This document shows positions 1 through 8,566 of a stretch of 31,826 nt of DNA, piece after piece (the stretch's first letter is position 1; the number at the start of each line of letters is the position of its first letter). Under the pieces are notes generated by a model that was not told where the DNA came from, made no database searches, and worked only from the letters and a program-made list of their open reading frames with translations. A program made the position numbers and the translations under genes. The stretch covers positions 1 to 31,826 of the forward strand of contig JBGQMY010000013.1 of NCBI GenBank assembly GCA_041500865.1. Reading direction: 5' to 3'. The DNA comes from Candidatus Micrarchaeia archaeon. GTDB taxonomy: Archaea > Micrarchaeota > Micrarchaeia > Anstonellales > J096.

Positions 1-110
1 TGCTCTTCTGTAGACAATGCCAGCTTCTCGCTTTTTGCGATGTCTGGCTTTTTCTGTTTTGGCCTTATCCTTTCCATCATCCGCCTTAGGAGCGGCTTCC
101 TTTCCTGCAT
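1..110 (-). CDS. 5' fragment (window edge) of the ankyrin gene also seen at 31049-31795
   Basis: ATG at 110, MQERKPLLRRMMERIRPK..., identical to the 5' end of the 31795 gene. Confidence 0.85.
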   Translation of the reverse strand, partial: MQERKPLLRRMMERIRPKQKKPDIAKSEKLALSTEE

Positions 111-141
111 GCCTTTATTGTGCGGCAAAGGTGTTAAAAAA
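111..141 (-). promoter_or_regulatory. TATA promoter module TTTTTAACACCTTTGCCGCACAATAAAGGC-ATG
   Basis: TTTTTAA about 24 nt before ATG; related motif precedes many genes in the window. Confidence 0.7.
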
Positions 142-147
142 TGGCAT

Positions 148-549
148 CTAGACCCAGCCGACGCATTCCCCGAAAACGGATATGAAATGGTTGAAGTCCC
201 GCCTGTCCATTGATTCGCGGGCGAATTTCAGGAAGCGCAGGAATGGCTTGTTTTTCCTTTTCACGGCCGAGTGATTTGCATAATCTGTCACCTTGCGGCC
301 GGTTCCGTCTGTCTGGTCGATGTTTGCGCCCCTCCTGATGAGCATGACAAAGGTCCTTTTGTCCCCTGTGTATGCCACGTTGAACAGCGGGGTCCAGCCA
401 TTGCCTGGCTCATACTCCAGCTGGGCGCCCATGTCCAGCAGTTTCTCGACCCTTTGCGTTTTAAATTTCCAGGAGTGGATGATGAGCATGTCATTAAGCC
501 GCTTTTGGTCCCGTTCGCCTAATGGTTTTTTCAGCTGCAGCTGTGCCAT
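148..549 (-). CDS. Small ankyrin-repeat protein with C-terminal FxxxFxxC tag
   Basis: GWTPLFNVAYTGD..LIRRGANIDQTD ankyrin consensus; ends FISVFGECVGWV; ATG 549 fits TATA at 574-580. Confidence 0.85.
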   Translation of the reverse strand: MAQLQLKKPLGERDQKRLNDMLIIHSWKFKTQRVEKLLDMGAQLEYEPGNGWTPLFNVAYTGDKRTFVMLIRRGANIDQTDGTGRKVTDYANHSAVKRKNKPFLRFLKFARESMDRRDFNHFISVFGECVGWV

Positions 550-604
550 GTTTCTGTTTATGGACAAAAAGGATTAAAAATCAGACAGTGCCAGCCTTGG
601 AGGC

Positions 605-1174
605 TCATTCCCTCACAAAGCCGAACCTTTTCCCTTTCGCAGTCATCTTTACAAAATGGTTTAGGCTTTTCCTGAACATGTCTTCGCCATGGCGCCTCCT
701 GTCCTCAATGTACGCAATCCGTATCCGCTTGTAGCTTTCCGGAAGTTTCTGGAAGCGCGCCCACGCTTTCTTGTCTTTTCTTATTGCATTGATTATCCTT
801 TTTGGAAACACGAACTTCTCATCCGCCTTGAAGGCGTGCGAAACCGCGCCAAGCCCAGCCTTTGTCATTTGCTTTTCTAGAATCATCTTTCTTATTCTCT
901 CCTTGTTCGTCTGCGAAAGCCCGCTGTTGCGCCTTCTTGGCGAAAATCTCTGGGCGAACATCTCATCATCCACCTTTTTCACTATGCTGTCTATCCACCC
1001 AAAGCACAGCGCCTCTTCCACAGCGTCGTTATATGGTATCCTCGGCTTGCCTGATGATTTCCTATAATAAATGAGCCAGATTTCCTTTTCCTTTGCGTAG
1101 TTTTTTGCAAGCCACGCGCGCCAGGCTTTCCTGTTGGCCGTATAAAACGTCTTTCCCAGCTTCATTTCCGGCAT
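605..1174 (-). CDS. YdeI/OmdA-like family protein
   Basis: WRAWLAKN..EIWLIYY, YNDAVEEALCFGWIDS, QRFSPRR, FQKLPESYKR motifs; ATG 1174 fits TATA at 1197-1203. Confidence 0.85.
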   Translation of the reverse strand: MPEMKLGKTFYTANRKAWRAWLAKNYAKEKEIWLIYYRKSSGKPRIPYNDAVEEALCFGWIDSIVKKVDDEMFAQRFSPRRRNSGLSQTNKERIRKMILEKQMTKAGLGAVSHAFKADEKFVFPKRIINAIRKDKKAWARFQKLPESYKRIRIAYIEDRRRHGEDMFRKSLNHFVKMTAKGKRFGFVRE

Positions 1175-1203
1175 GATTCTGTTGTGCGGCAAGGGATTAA
1201 AAA
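1175..1203 (-). promoter_or_regulatory. TATA promoter module TTTTTAATCCCTTGCCGCACAACAGAATC-ATG
   Basis: Same TGCCGCACAA core as the ankyrin promoters at 118-127 and 31026-31035. Confidence 0.7.
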
Positions 1204-1791
1204 TCAGGCTGTGCAGTCGGCAAAGGATGCCAGGAACAAGATGAACATTTCCTTTCCTGTCAAATCCTGCAATAGCGGCATGGATTTGAGGAACTGCGCG
1301 GTTTTAACGCTGGAAAAATCCATGGCTGTATTGCCCCGGTCGTCTTTTGCGGAAATTAATTTCTGTATGTCTCCGCCGGCTTCTGCGTATTCCTGAATTA
1401 GCATGACACAGATTTGGGTGTGCCCCATCTGTGCGGCCTCGCATAGGGCGGCCCTGCCGAGGTCGTCTTTTGCGGAAATTAATTTCTGTATGTCTCCGCC
1501 GGATTTTGCGTATTCCTGTATCAGCAGGGCACATGTTTGGGAATATTCCCTGTTTGCGACCCAGTGCAGAGCGGTGGCGCCGCCATTGCCCTTTGCCGTG
1601 ATATCTGCGCCTTTCTTGATAAGCCGCATTATCTTTTCATTGTTGCCATGCAGCGCGGCGCTAATTAGCGAATCATTGAGCATCTCCTGCTCTTTTTCTG
1701 ACAATTTCGGCTTCTCGGGCTTCGGCTTGTGGAATAGGATTCTCTTTGCTTTGGCGAATGCCTCCCTTACCTTGCTTTTCCTCTTTTCCAT
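1204..1791 (-). CDS. Ankyrin-repeat protein with 41-aa repeats and C-terminal FxxxFxxC tag
   Basis: GATALHW, GRAALCEAAQMGH, GNTAMDF; ends FLASFADCTA; ATG 1791 (the ORF-track extension overlaps rli). Confidence 0.85.
   Translation of the reverse strand: MEKRKSKVREAFAKAKRILFHKPKPEKPKLSEKEQEMLNDSLISAALHGNNEKIMRLIKKGADITAKGNGGATALHWVANREYSQTCALLIQEYAKSGGDIQKLISAKDDLGRAALCEAAQMGHTQICVMLIQEYAEAGGDIQKLISAKDDRGNTAMDFSSVKTAQFLKSMPLLQDLTGKEMFILFLASFADCTA
1338..1525. repeat. 123-bp-period internal duplication in the ankyrin gene
   Basis: 42 identical nt at 1338-1379 and 1461-1502; EYA.SGGDIQKLISAKDD-like segment twice. Confidence 0.9.
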
Positions 1792-1846
1792 CAATATAGA
1801 TTGTGAGAAGAAGATATTAAAAGCATGACAGCCAAAAGCTGGGCAT

Positions 1847-3604
1847 ATGGCAAAGGTTACTACGCCAGTAAAGCGGCTGGCGATACTGGACAGGGATGCA
1901 TGCACAAGGGACAAGACAGGCTACGTGTGCGTAAAGGTCTGCCCTATCAACAGGACAAGGGACAAGTGCATAACCATAGACGAGGAAACGAAATATCCGC
2001 TGATAAGCGACGAAAGGTGCATTGGCTGCGGAATCTGCGTGAAGAAATGCCCGAACGGCGCCATCTACATCATAAACCTGTCAAAGGACCTCGGGGAGCC
2101 CATCTACTCGTACGGACCCAATATGTTCAGGCTTTACGGCCTTCCGATACCGAAGAAAGGCTCGGTTATCGGGCTGATTGGCAAGAACGGCATAGGGAAG
2201 ACAACCGCAATACGGTTGCTTTCAAAGCAGATAAAGCCCAATTTCAGCGAAGAAAAGGATTTCTCTTGGGAAGAAATCTACAAAAGGTCGTCCATGGACG
2301 TTAAGAATTACCTGTCGTCCATAGCCGGAGAGCACAACGTCTCCATAAAGCCGCAGGACATAGAGAAGATAAGGGAGCGGAAGGTCCATGTCAAGGGACT
2401 GTTAAAGGCAGTCGGACTCGGAAATGAAACGCTGATAAAATTCGGACTTGAGGAAATCGCGGAAAGGAAGGTGGACGAGCTTAGCGGCGGCGAACTGCAG
2501 AAGCTGAGCCTGGCGATAACCATAAGCAAAAAAGCCGACATCTATTACATAGACGAATTGACCAACTATCTGGACATAGGCGAAAGGCTTAGGCTGTCAG
2601 TCATGCTCAAGGAGTTCGGGGAGAAGAACAGCCTCATAGTGGTTGACCATGACCTGACTGTAATTGACTACCTTGTTGATTATGTCTACATTTTCTTTGG
2701 CGAGGAGGGCGCATACGGCGCAGTCAGCGGCCTCAAGGCTGCAAGGACCGGCATAAACGAGTATCTGGAAGGCTTCCTTAGGGCTGAAAACCTGAAAATA
2801 AGGGACTTTGAAATCCAATTCTCAAAGTTCAGCCAAAGCGAGGAAAGGGCGCCCGTGTTTTTCAAATATCCGGAACTGGCAAGGGACTTCGGTCCCTTTA
2901 AACTGACTGTTGATGCAAGCGAAATCAGGGAAAAGGAAGTGATTGGAATTGTCGGCGGCAACGCCCTTGGCAAGACGACGTTCATGAGGATGCTGGCAGG
3001 CGTGGAAAAGCCGGATTCCGGAATCGTTGAGGAAGGCAGGAAGATAGCGTACAAGAGGCAGTACCTTGAAGCGGGCAAGGAAAGGGTGAATGACATCCTG
3101 TCAAAAGGCGACCCGTACATCGTGGAACTGTCAAGGAGGCTTTTGAGCATACCTGCAAACCTGCTTGAAAGGAGGCTTGACCAGTTGAGCGGCGGGCAAT
3201 TGCAAAAAGTGAGCATAGCGCACACGCTCTCGCTGGACGCAGGCATTTACCTTTTGGACGAGCCGAGCGCCTTCCTTGACGTCGAGCAGAGGATAGCGTT
3301 CTGCCACCTGATATCGGATTTTGTTGAATACAGGAAGAAGCCGGTCTTCATAATAGACCACGACATAAACCTCATTGACAGGGTGTCAAACAGGCTGATG
3401 CTGTTTTCAGGCACAAAGGCGAAGGAAGGCCATGGAAGCGCGGCAATGGGAAAACGCGAAGGCATGAACGCGTTCCTCAAGACCATGGACATAACGGTCA
3501 GGCGGGACGTGGACACGTACAGGCCAAGGATAAACAAGCCAGGCAGCGCTCTGGACCGGGAGCAGAGGCAGAAAGGCGAGTACTACTTCTCAAGCGAGAG
3601 ATAA
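1847..3604 (+). CDS. rli: ABCE1/RLI ribosome recycling ATPase
   Basis: N-terminal Fe-S domain (CIGCGICVKKCP), YGPNMFRLYGLP, two Walker A motifs (GKNGIGKTT, GGNALGKTT), two LSGG signatures, YRPRINKPGS..DREQRQKGEYYF. Confidence 0.97.
   Translation: MAKVTTPVKRLAILDRDACTRDKTGYVCVKVCPINRTRDKCITIDEETKYPLISDERCIGCGICVKKCPNGAIYIINLSKDLGEPIYSYGPNMFRLYGLPIPKKGSVIGLIGKNGIGKTTAIRLLSKQIKPNFSEEKDFSWEEIYKRSSMDVKNYLSSIAGEHNVSIKPQDIEKIRERKVHVKGLLKAVGLGNETLIKFGLEEIAERKVDELSGGELQKLSLAITISKKADIYYIDELTNYLDIGERLRLSVMLKEFGEKNSLIVVDHDLTVIDYLVDYVYIFFGEEGAYGAVSGLKAARTGINEYLEGFLRAENLKIRDFEIQFSKFSQSEERAPVFFKYPELARDFGPFKLTVDASEIREKEVIGIVGGNALGKTTFMRMLAGVEKPDSGIVEEGRKIAYKRQYLEAGKERVNDILSKGDPYIVELSRRLLSIPANLLERRLDQLSGGQLQKVSIAHTLSLDAGIYLLDEPSAFLDVEQRIAFCHLISDFVEYRKKPVFIIDHDINLIDRVSNRLMLFSGTKAKEGHGSAAMGKREGMNAFLKTMDITVRRDVDTYRPRINKPGSALDREQRQKGEYYFSSER
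3558..3595 (+). repeat. rli 3'-end segment, duplicated at 5031-5068
   Basis: gggagcagaggcagaaaggcgagtactacttctcaagc vs gggaatagaggcagaaaggggaatactacgtctcaagc (33/38). Confidence 0.85.
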
Positions 3605-4088
3605 TCAGGAGGCAATGCGCTCACTGAAGGGTTTCATGAAAGAGTTAAATGTTTCTTTTCCCATCCAATCCTGAAATGTTGGCATGGATTTAAGGAACTG
3701 GGTGATTTTTGTGTGGCTTTTCCGTAAGGCATAATAAAGGGCTGTTCTGTCATTATTATCAGTTGCGTTAATCAATTTCATTATGTCCCCACCAGCTTTT
3801 GCGTATTCAATTATAAGTAAACTGCATGTTTTTTGTGTGTCCGTTGTATGCAATCCATTGCAGGGCTGTAGCGCCTTTATCAGTCTGTGCGGCTATATCC
3901 GCACCTATTTTGATGAGCCTTATTATTTTCGCGTTGTCGCCATTCTCTGCGGCAGTTAAGAGCGCATCATTGAGCCGCTTCTGTTCCTTTGCGGACAATA
4001 CCGACTTTTCGCTTTGCTCGATGTCAACTTTGGTCTTAGCTATTTTTCTTGCCTGCGCATTCCCTTGGAACTGCTTCCTTTCCTGCAT
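3605..4088 (-). pseudogene. Frameshifted ankyrin-repeat gene
   Basis: ORFs 3807-4088 and 3605-3853 join if one base is removed from the T6 run at 3829-3834 (giving GHTKTCSLL); tag Cys replaced by Arg (FMKPFSER). Confidence 0.8.
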
Positions 4089-4134
4089 ATTCCTATTATG
4101 CTCCAAAGGTGTTAAAAACTCTGCTGGAATATCC

Positions 4135-4173
4135 TGCCCCCTAAATGTTTAAAAATGCTTGCCCCCTAAATGT
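4135..4173 (+). promoter_or_regulatory. Two 14-bp direct repeats flanking the Fic TATA box (putative operator)
   Basis: TGCCCCCTAAATGT at 4135-4148 and 4160-4173 around TTTAAAAA. Confidence 0.65.
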
Positions 4174-4177
4174 CATC

Positions 4178-5038
4178 ATGGGCAGTTACATTGAAAAAAA
4201 GGTCATTAAAGGCAGGATATACTATTACCTGACTGAAAACAAATATTCAAACGGAAAATGGAAAAAAACAAGGAAATACCTGGGAATCGCAACCCCATCC
4301 GGGTTTGAGAAACCGACAAGAAAGAACCCAAAGCCGATTCTTGGCAAAAATGAATTAAAGGTCATTGAAAACATCAGGAAAAATTACCTGAAGTTCCATC
4401 ATCTGGACGCCAGGATATGGAAAGAGGAGCGCGAACGGTTCGTCAGTTTCATATTCAACACAAACGCAATAGAAGGCAACCCGATAACGCTTGAGGACAC
4501 CGACACCGTTCTTCGCGGCGGGAAAATCAGGGCGAAGGAAAAGGACGTGCGCGAAATAAACAACATGAAAAGATGCGTAGACTTCATTTTCAATTATTCT
4601 GGAAAGATTGACGAAAAGCTTGTTCTGAAGCTGCATAAAATGCAGATGGAAAACGTGCTGCCTGAATCCGGACAATATAGAAAAGTGGATGTCAGCGTCG
4701 GAAGGTATGTCTGCCCCCCATGGCAGGAGCTGCCCAAGCTGATGAAGAGGTTTTTTGCCTGGATAAATGAAGCAGAAAAGAACACTTCAGTTTTTGAGTT
4801 TGCATGCCTAATCCACTTAAAATTCGTAAGGATACACCCTTTCAGGGACGGGAACGGCAGGATGGCAAGGCTGCTGCTGAACCTTGCGCTATTGAGGAAG
4901 GGCTACCCCCTTATTAACATCTTCAATGACGAGAAACTGCTTTATTACCTTGTGCTGAGGAAAGTTGACGCGACAAAGAGGCCGAAATCCTTTGTGGAAT
5001 ACCTTTTCGGCACTTATGCCAGCCAATACAGGGAATAG
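4178..5038 (+). CDS. Fic family protein with N-terminal putative DNA-binding module
   Basis: Canonical HPFRDGNGRMAR; inhibitory (S/T)xxxE(G/N) motif TNAIEG; N-terminal KGRIYYYL..NGKWKK..KYLG. Confidence 0.92.
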   Translation: MGSYIEKKVIKGRIYYYLTENKYSNGKWKKTRKYLGIATPSGFEKPTRKNPKPILGKNELKVIENIRKNYLKFHHLDARIWKEERERFVSFIFNTNAIEGNPITLEDTDTVLRGGKIRAKEKDVREINNMKRCVDFIFNYSGKIDEKLVLKLHKMQMENVLPESGQYRKVDVSVGRYVCPPWQELPKLMKRFFAWINEAEKNTSVFEFACLIHLKFVRIHPFRDGNGRMARLLLNLALLRKGYPLINIFNDEKLLYYLVLRKVDATKRPKSFVEYLFGTYASQYRE

Positions 5039-5068
5039 AGGCAGAAAGGGGAATACTACGTCTCAAGC
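5031..5068 (+). repeat. Relic copy of the rli 3' end
   Basis: Reads RE*RQKGEYYVSS in the rli frame. Confidence 0.85.
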
Positions 5069-5112
5069 TGATTTAGATACACTTTTAATTCTTTTTGGAC
5101 ACAGAAAGGCAC

Positions 5113-5736
5113 ATGAAGCTGAGATTTTCCTCAAAGCCGGCCCGGAAGCCCGTAATGAATAAGGCTACAGCCGATTTGCTGGAGGAAATCGAAAAGGATG
5201 CCAGAAAAGAGGCAAGGCGCGGAATAGCGGATGTGGAGGGATTCACAAAATCCAAGGATGCCGCAGCGGCTGTCGGGCGTTTCCTCGCCCAATCCGCCCA
5301 TGCAACGATTAACTGCCATTACATCAGGGCAATTGCCAAGCAAACGCATTCCGGGGAAGCGGTGGTGGGGGCGATTAAGGCAGCAGCCAGGCACAAAAAG
5401 AATGACCAGCATGTGCTTGACGCACTATCCGACATGGGCATGGAAGACGCCAAAGACGTGATACGCTGTTCAAAGCTATTCAAGAGAATAAGCGGCCGCC
5501 GTTTCAAAATAAGAGTATTGGCTCGGTGGTTCATGGACATCTTGTACAGAACAGGCTCAGGAAAGGTGGCTTACAAGACCCTGAATACGCTCATGAACTG
5601 CGAACTGCAAAAAATAGACCGCATCAGGGAAGGCATGCTGCTCGGATTCATCGCAACTCTGCATATTATGGATGACAAAAACGCCCGCAACGGCTTCCAG
5701 ATCGATTTCTTAAGGTGCGCTTTCCCGCATCAGTAG
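5113..5736 (+). CDS. Hypothetical helical-repeat protein with C-terminal FxxxFxxC tag
   Basis: ATG 5113 fits TATA at 5083-5088; IAKQTHSGEAVV motif shared with 15918-16910; ends FQIDFLRCAFPHQ. Confidence 0.65.
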   Translation: MKLRFSSKPARKPVMNKATADLLEEIEKDARKEARRGIADVEGFTKSKDAAAAVGRFLAQSAHATINCHYIRAIAKQTHSGEAVVGAIKAAARHKKNDQHVLDALSDMGMEDAKDVIRCSKLFKRISGRRFKIRVLARWFMDILYRTGSGKVAYKTLNTLMNCELQKIDRIREGMLLGFIATLHIMDDKNARNGFQIDFLRCAFPHQ

Positions 5737-6317
5737 TACGTCACGTTCTCCACGAACCCGCTGCCTGTCATGACTACTTGGACAGACCTGTTCTGCGAGG
5801 ACCACAGCACGCTCCATAGGTCGTTCGCAAGGGACACCGAAGGCGTTGCGTTGCTGGTCACGACAAAATACTTGATTCCCTCTGTCCCCGGGGCGTTCAG
5901 GCTCGCGATTATTGCCTCCTCCTCGAACGCTATCAGGCACTTGCCTTCGGAGCAGAGCGAGCAGTCCTTTGTTATCAGCTCAGGCTTTGACGGCTCGAAC
6001 TTCTGGTTCGGGTACAGATACTCAAGGTGGTACAGCTTCGGGCACGTTGAGTTGTACAGCTCGGTGACCCGGACCTTGACCTGGAAATACGCCGAGCTTC
6101 CCTGGCCGATTTCAGTGACATTTATTATGCCGACCCTGTCCGCATCCGGGTATTTCACCCTTGCGTCGTCAAGGATGGCCTGCTCTTCGCTGACCTTGAA
6201 CTCCGTCTCATGCGTCTGCACGCCCCTCGGGTTGATTACGAAGAGGAGTATCATGAACACGAAGAAGAGTATTATGCCTGCAATTATGCCCGCTATGCTC
6301 AGTTTAGGAAGCTCCAT
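5730..6317 (-). CDS. Membrane-anchored hypothetical protein
   Basis: N-terminal TM helix IAGIIAGIILFFVFMILLFVI; Cys-containing extracellular part; follows pyrG. Confidence 0.75.
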   Translation of the reverse strand: MELPKLSIAGIIAGIILFFVFMILLFVINPRGVQTHETEFKVSEEQAILDDARVKYPDADRVGIINVTEIGQGSSAYFQVKVRVTELYNSTCPKLYHLEYLYPNQKFEPSKPELITKDCSLCSEGKCLIAFEEEAIIASLNAPGTEGIKYFVVTSNATPSVSLANDLWSVLWSSQNRSVQVVMTGSGFVENVTYY

Positions 6318-6341
6318 GAGGCCCTATCTCGGAATAACTTT

Positions 6342-7958
6342 TTATTCCTTTCTTTGGCGCTTCAGCGCAGCGTCTGCAAGCGCGACGAAGAGGGGCGCCG
6401 GCCTCTCCAGCCTGCTTTTCAGCTCAGGATGGGCCTGCGTGCCTATGCCAAACGAGGCATTCCACTCAACTACCTCGACGATTCTCTTGTCAGGGGAGGT
6501 TCCGGAAACCACCAGGCCCTTTTCCTCAAGCTTTTGGACAAGCTCGCTGTTGGCCTCGTACCTGTGCCTGTGCCTCTCGCTTATTTTTGAAGCGCCGTAA
6601 GCCGCATAAGCGGCCGTGCCCTCCTTGAGCACGCATTCGTATGCGCCAAGCCTCATCGTCGCGCCCTTCTCCTTTACGCCAACCTGCTCAGGCATCAGGT
6701 ATATCACGGGGTATGGCGTCTTTTCGTCGAATTCCGTGGAGTTTGCGTTCCCCATGCCGCACACGTTCCTGGCATATTCAACGACCATGAGCTGCATGCC
6801 CAGGCATAGGCCAAGGTACGGTATCCCGTTTTCCCTGCAGTGCTTTATTGCGGCTATCTTGCCTTCCACGCCCCTTACGCCGAACCCGCCTGGGACGATT
6901 ACCGCATCCACCCCTTTCAGGACGTCCTCGGCCTTCACCTTGCCGTCGTCAAGCTCCGAGGACTCTATGAGCTTCATGTTGATTTTTGCGTTCGTGGCCG
7001 CGCCTGCATGGATGAGCGACTCATAGATGCTGGCATACGCATCCCTCACCTTCATGTACTTCCCGACTATCGCGACCGTTATCTCCCTTTTCGGCTTCTT
7101 TATCCTGTCCACTATGGCCGACCATTCCTTCATGCCGTCCTGCTTTGTCCCTATGTCCAGCTCCTTGCATATGATTTCGCTTAGGTTTTGCTTTTCCAGT
7201 ATGAGCGGAAGCTCGTAAACGGTGTCCACCAGGGGGTCGTCCAGCACATTCTCGATTGGCACGTTGCAGAACACGTTTATCTTTTCCTTTGACTCCTTTG
7301 TGAGAATCTCATCCTCCCTCGTCACTATGATGTGCGGGTGGATGCCGAGGCTTGCGAGCAGCCTGTTGGCGTGCTGCGTCGGCTTGGTCTTCTGCTCCCC
7401 TTTTGATATGCTGTTTACGTAAGTCAATTGGACGAAGAGCATGTTGCCGTGCTCCTCAAACGACATCTGCCTCATGGCCTCTATGAAATAGCTGTTCTCA
7501 ATGTCGCCGACCGTTCCGCCGACCTCAACAAGCACCACGTCCGCGTCAAAATGCTCGCCCACGTGCTTAACCCACTTCTTTAGCTCGTCGGTAAGGTGCG
7601 GGATTATCTGGACGTCCCGGCCCAGGAAATCGCCCTTCCTTTCCTTGTCTATTATCTTCTTGAATATCTTCCCGCCTGTTATGCTGCTTATGCCCTCCAG
7701 ATTGAAGTTCAGGAACCTCTCGTAAGTGCCGAAGTCCATGTCGCATTCGGTCCCGTCGTCCAATACGAAGACCTCGCCGTGCCTGAAGGGGTTCATTGTC
7801 CCGCAGTCCACGTTCAGGTAGCCGTCGAACTTTATGGGGACGACCTTAAGCCCCTTGCTCTGCAGTATTTTCCCTATTGAGGAAGACAATATGCCCTTTC
7901 CGAGGCCTGACATCAGCGAGCCAAGTATGACGATGTACTTGCGCTTGGAGAGATGCAT
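6342..7958 (-). CDS. pyrG: CTP synthase
   Basis: SGLGKG, DGYLNVDCGTMNPFRHGEVFV, KTKPTQH, GLCLGMQ, ERHRHRYE, QAHPE; ATG 7958 fits TATA at 7980-7985. Confidence 0.98.
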   Translation of the reverse strand: MHLSKRKYIVILGSLMSGLGKGILSSSIGKILQSKGLKVVPIKFDGYLNVDCGTMNPFRHGEVFVLDDGTECDMDFGTYERFLNFNLEGISSITGGKIFKKIIDKERKGDFLGRDVQIIPHLTDELKKWVKHVGEHFDADVVLVEVGGTVGDIENSYFIEAMRQMSFEEHGNMLFVQLTYVNSISKGEQKTKPTQHANRLLASLGIHPHIIVTREDEILTKESKEKINVFCNVPIENVLDDPLVDTVYELPLILEKQNLSEIICKELDIGTKQDGMKEWSAIVDRIKKPKREITVAIVGKYMKVRDAYASIYESLIHAGAATNAKINMKLIESSELDDGKVKAEDVLKGVDAVIVPGGFGVRGVEGKIAAIKHCRENGIPYLGLCLGMQLMVVEYARNVCGMGNANSTEFDEKTPYPVIYLMPEQVGVKEKGATMRLGAYECVLKEGTAAYAAYGASKISERHRHRYEANSELVQKLEEKGLVVSGTSPDKRIVEVVEWNASFGIGTQAHPELKSRLERPAPLFVALADAALKRQRKE

Positions 7959-7980
7959 GGTTTTCCTTGAAAAGAAAGGT

Positions 7981-8466
7981 TTAAATTGCCGGCGTTTTCC
8001 CCTGGATGGCCTCAAAAATCTTCTCTGCCTTTTCCAGCTTCCCCATCTTGAGGTAGGCGCTGTACTCCTGCGCAAGCGATATGACCGGTATCCTCATGCT
8101 GCTGACGATTATGGTCTTCCTTGCGGAAAGCCTCTTCGTCTCGCTCCACAGGTCGCCTCCCGGAACCTTGTTGACAAGCTCGCCGATTACTTGGACGTCT
8201 ATTCCATTGACCTTGAACTTTCCCTCGTATGCGTCGTAATTCTCCTTTTCCACATGCTGTATCGGCTCTGTTTCAAACCTCTTCAGCACCTCGCCCATCC
8301 TAATTACGTCTTCCTTCGTGCCTACCAGGATGTCAATGTCATTGGATTGCACGTCAACGCCCTGAAGCTCAAGGTTGGTGCCTGCGAAAACGGCCCAGTT
8401 TATGCCGCTGCCAGAAAGCCTTTTTGTCAATATTCTCAAGGCGTCCAGCCTTTCCTTTGTGAGCAT
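7981..8466 (-). CDS. Nucleotidyltransferase-fold protein
   Basis: WAVFAGTNLELQGVD...DIDIL (DxD motif), VNGIDVQVIG; ATG 8466 fits TATA. Confidence 0.7.
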   Translation of the reverse strand: MLTKERLDALRILTKRLSGSGINWAVFAGTNLELQGVDVQSNDIDILVGTKEDVIRMGEVLKRFETEPIQHVEKENYDAYEGKFKVNGIDVQVIGELVNKVPGGDLWSETKRLSARKTIIVSSMRIPVISLAQEYSAYLKMGKLEKAEKIFEAIQGKTPAI

Positions 8467-8566
8467 ATTCCCCTGTTGGGCGTTTGTGTTTAAAATCCAG
8501 GCGGCAGGCAGAAGGTTTTTATACATTGTCAATCACATATGACCAAACATTAAGACAGGTGAAACA

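Larger units (their letters stand above)
1..141. repeat. Terminal direct repeat, left copy (identical to 31686-31826)
   Basis: tgctcttctgtagac...ggtgttaaaaaa matches the last 141 nt base for base. Confidence 0.97.

Noticed and set aside
111..141. Xer/dif or integron attC site
   Set aside because: There are no convincing inverted arms or RYYYAAC..GTTRRRY hairpin, and the fixed spacing to ATG fits a TATA promoter.
605..616. YdeI ending AGGGAATGA as a DNA-level relic of the tag's AGGGAATGC
   Set aside because: An 8-nt match is too short to support on its own.
7959..8075. 39-aa N-terminal extension of PyrG
   Set aside because: It overlaps the upstream gene, whereas ATG 7958 has a correctly spaced TATA and matches normal PyrG starts.
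5770..8493. Long antisense ORFs (e.g. 5770-6600 and 7834-8493; also 14572-15222 and 30615-31286)
   Set aside because: They are shadows of well-supported genes on the opposite strand and show no motifs.
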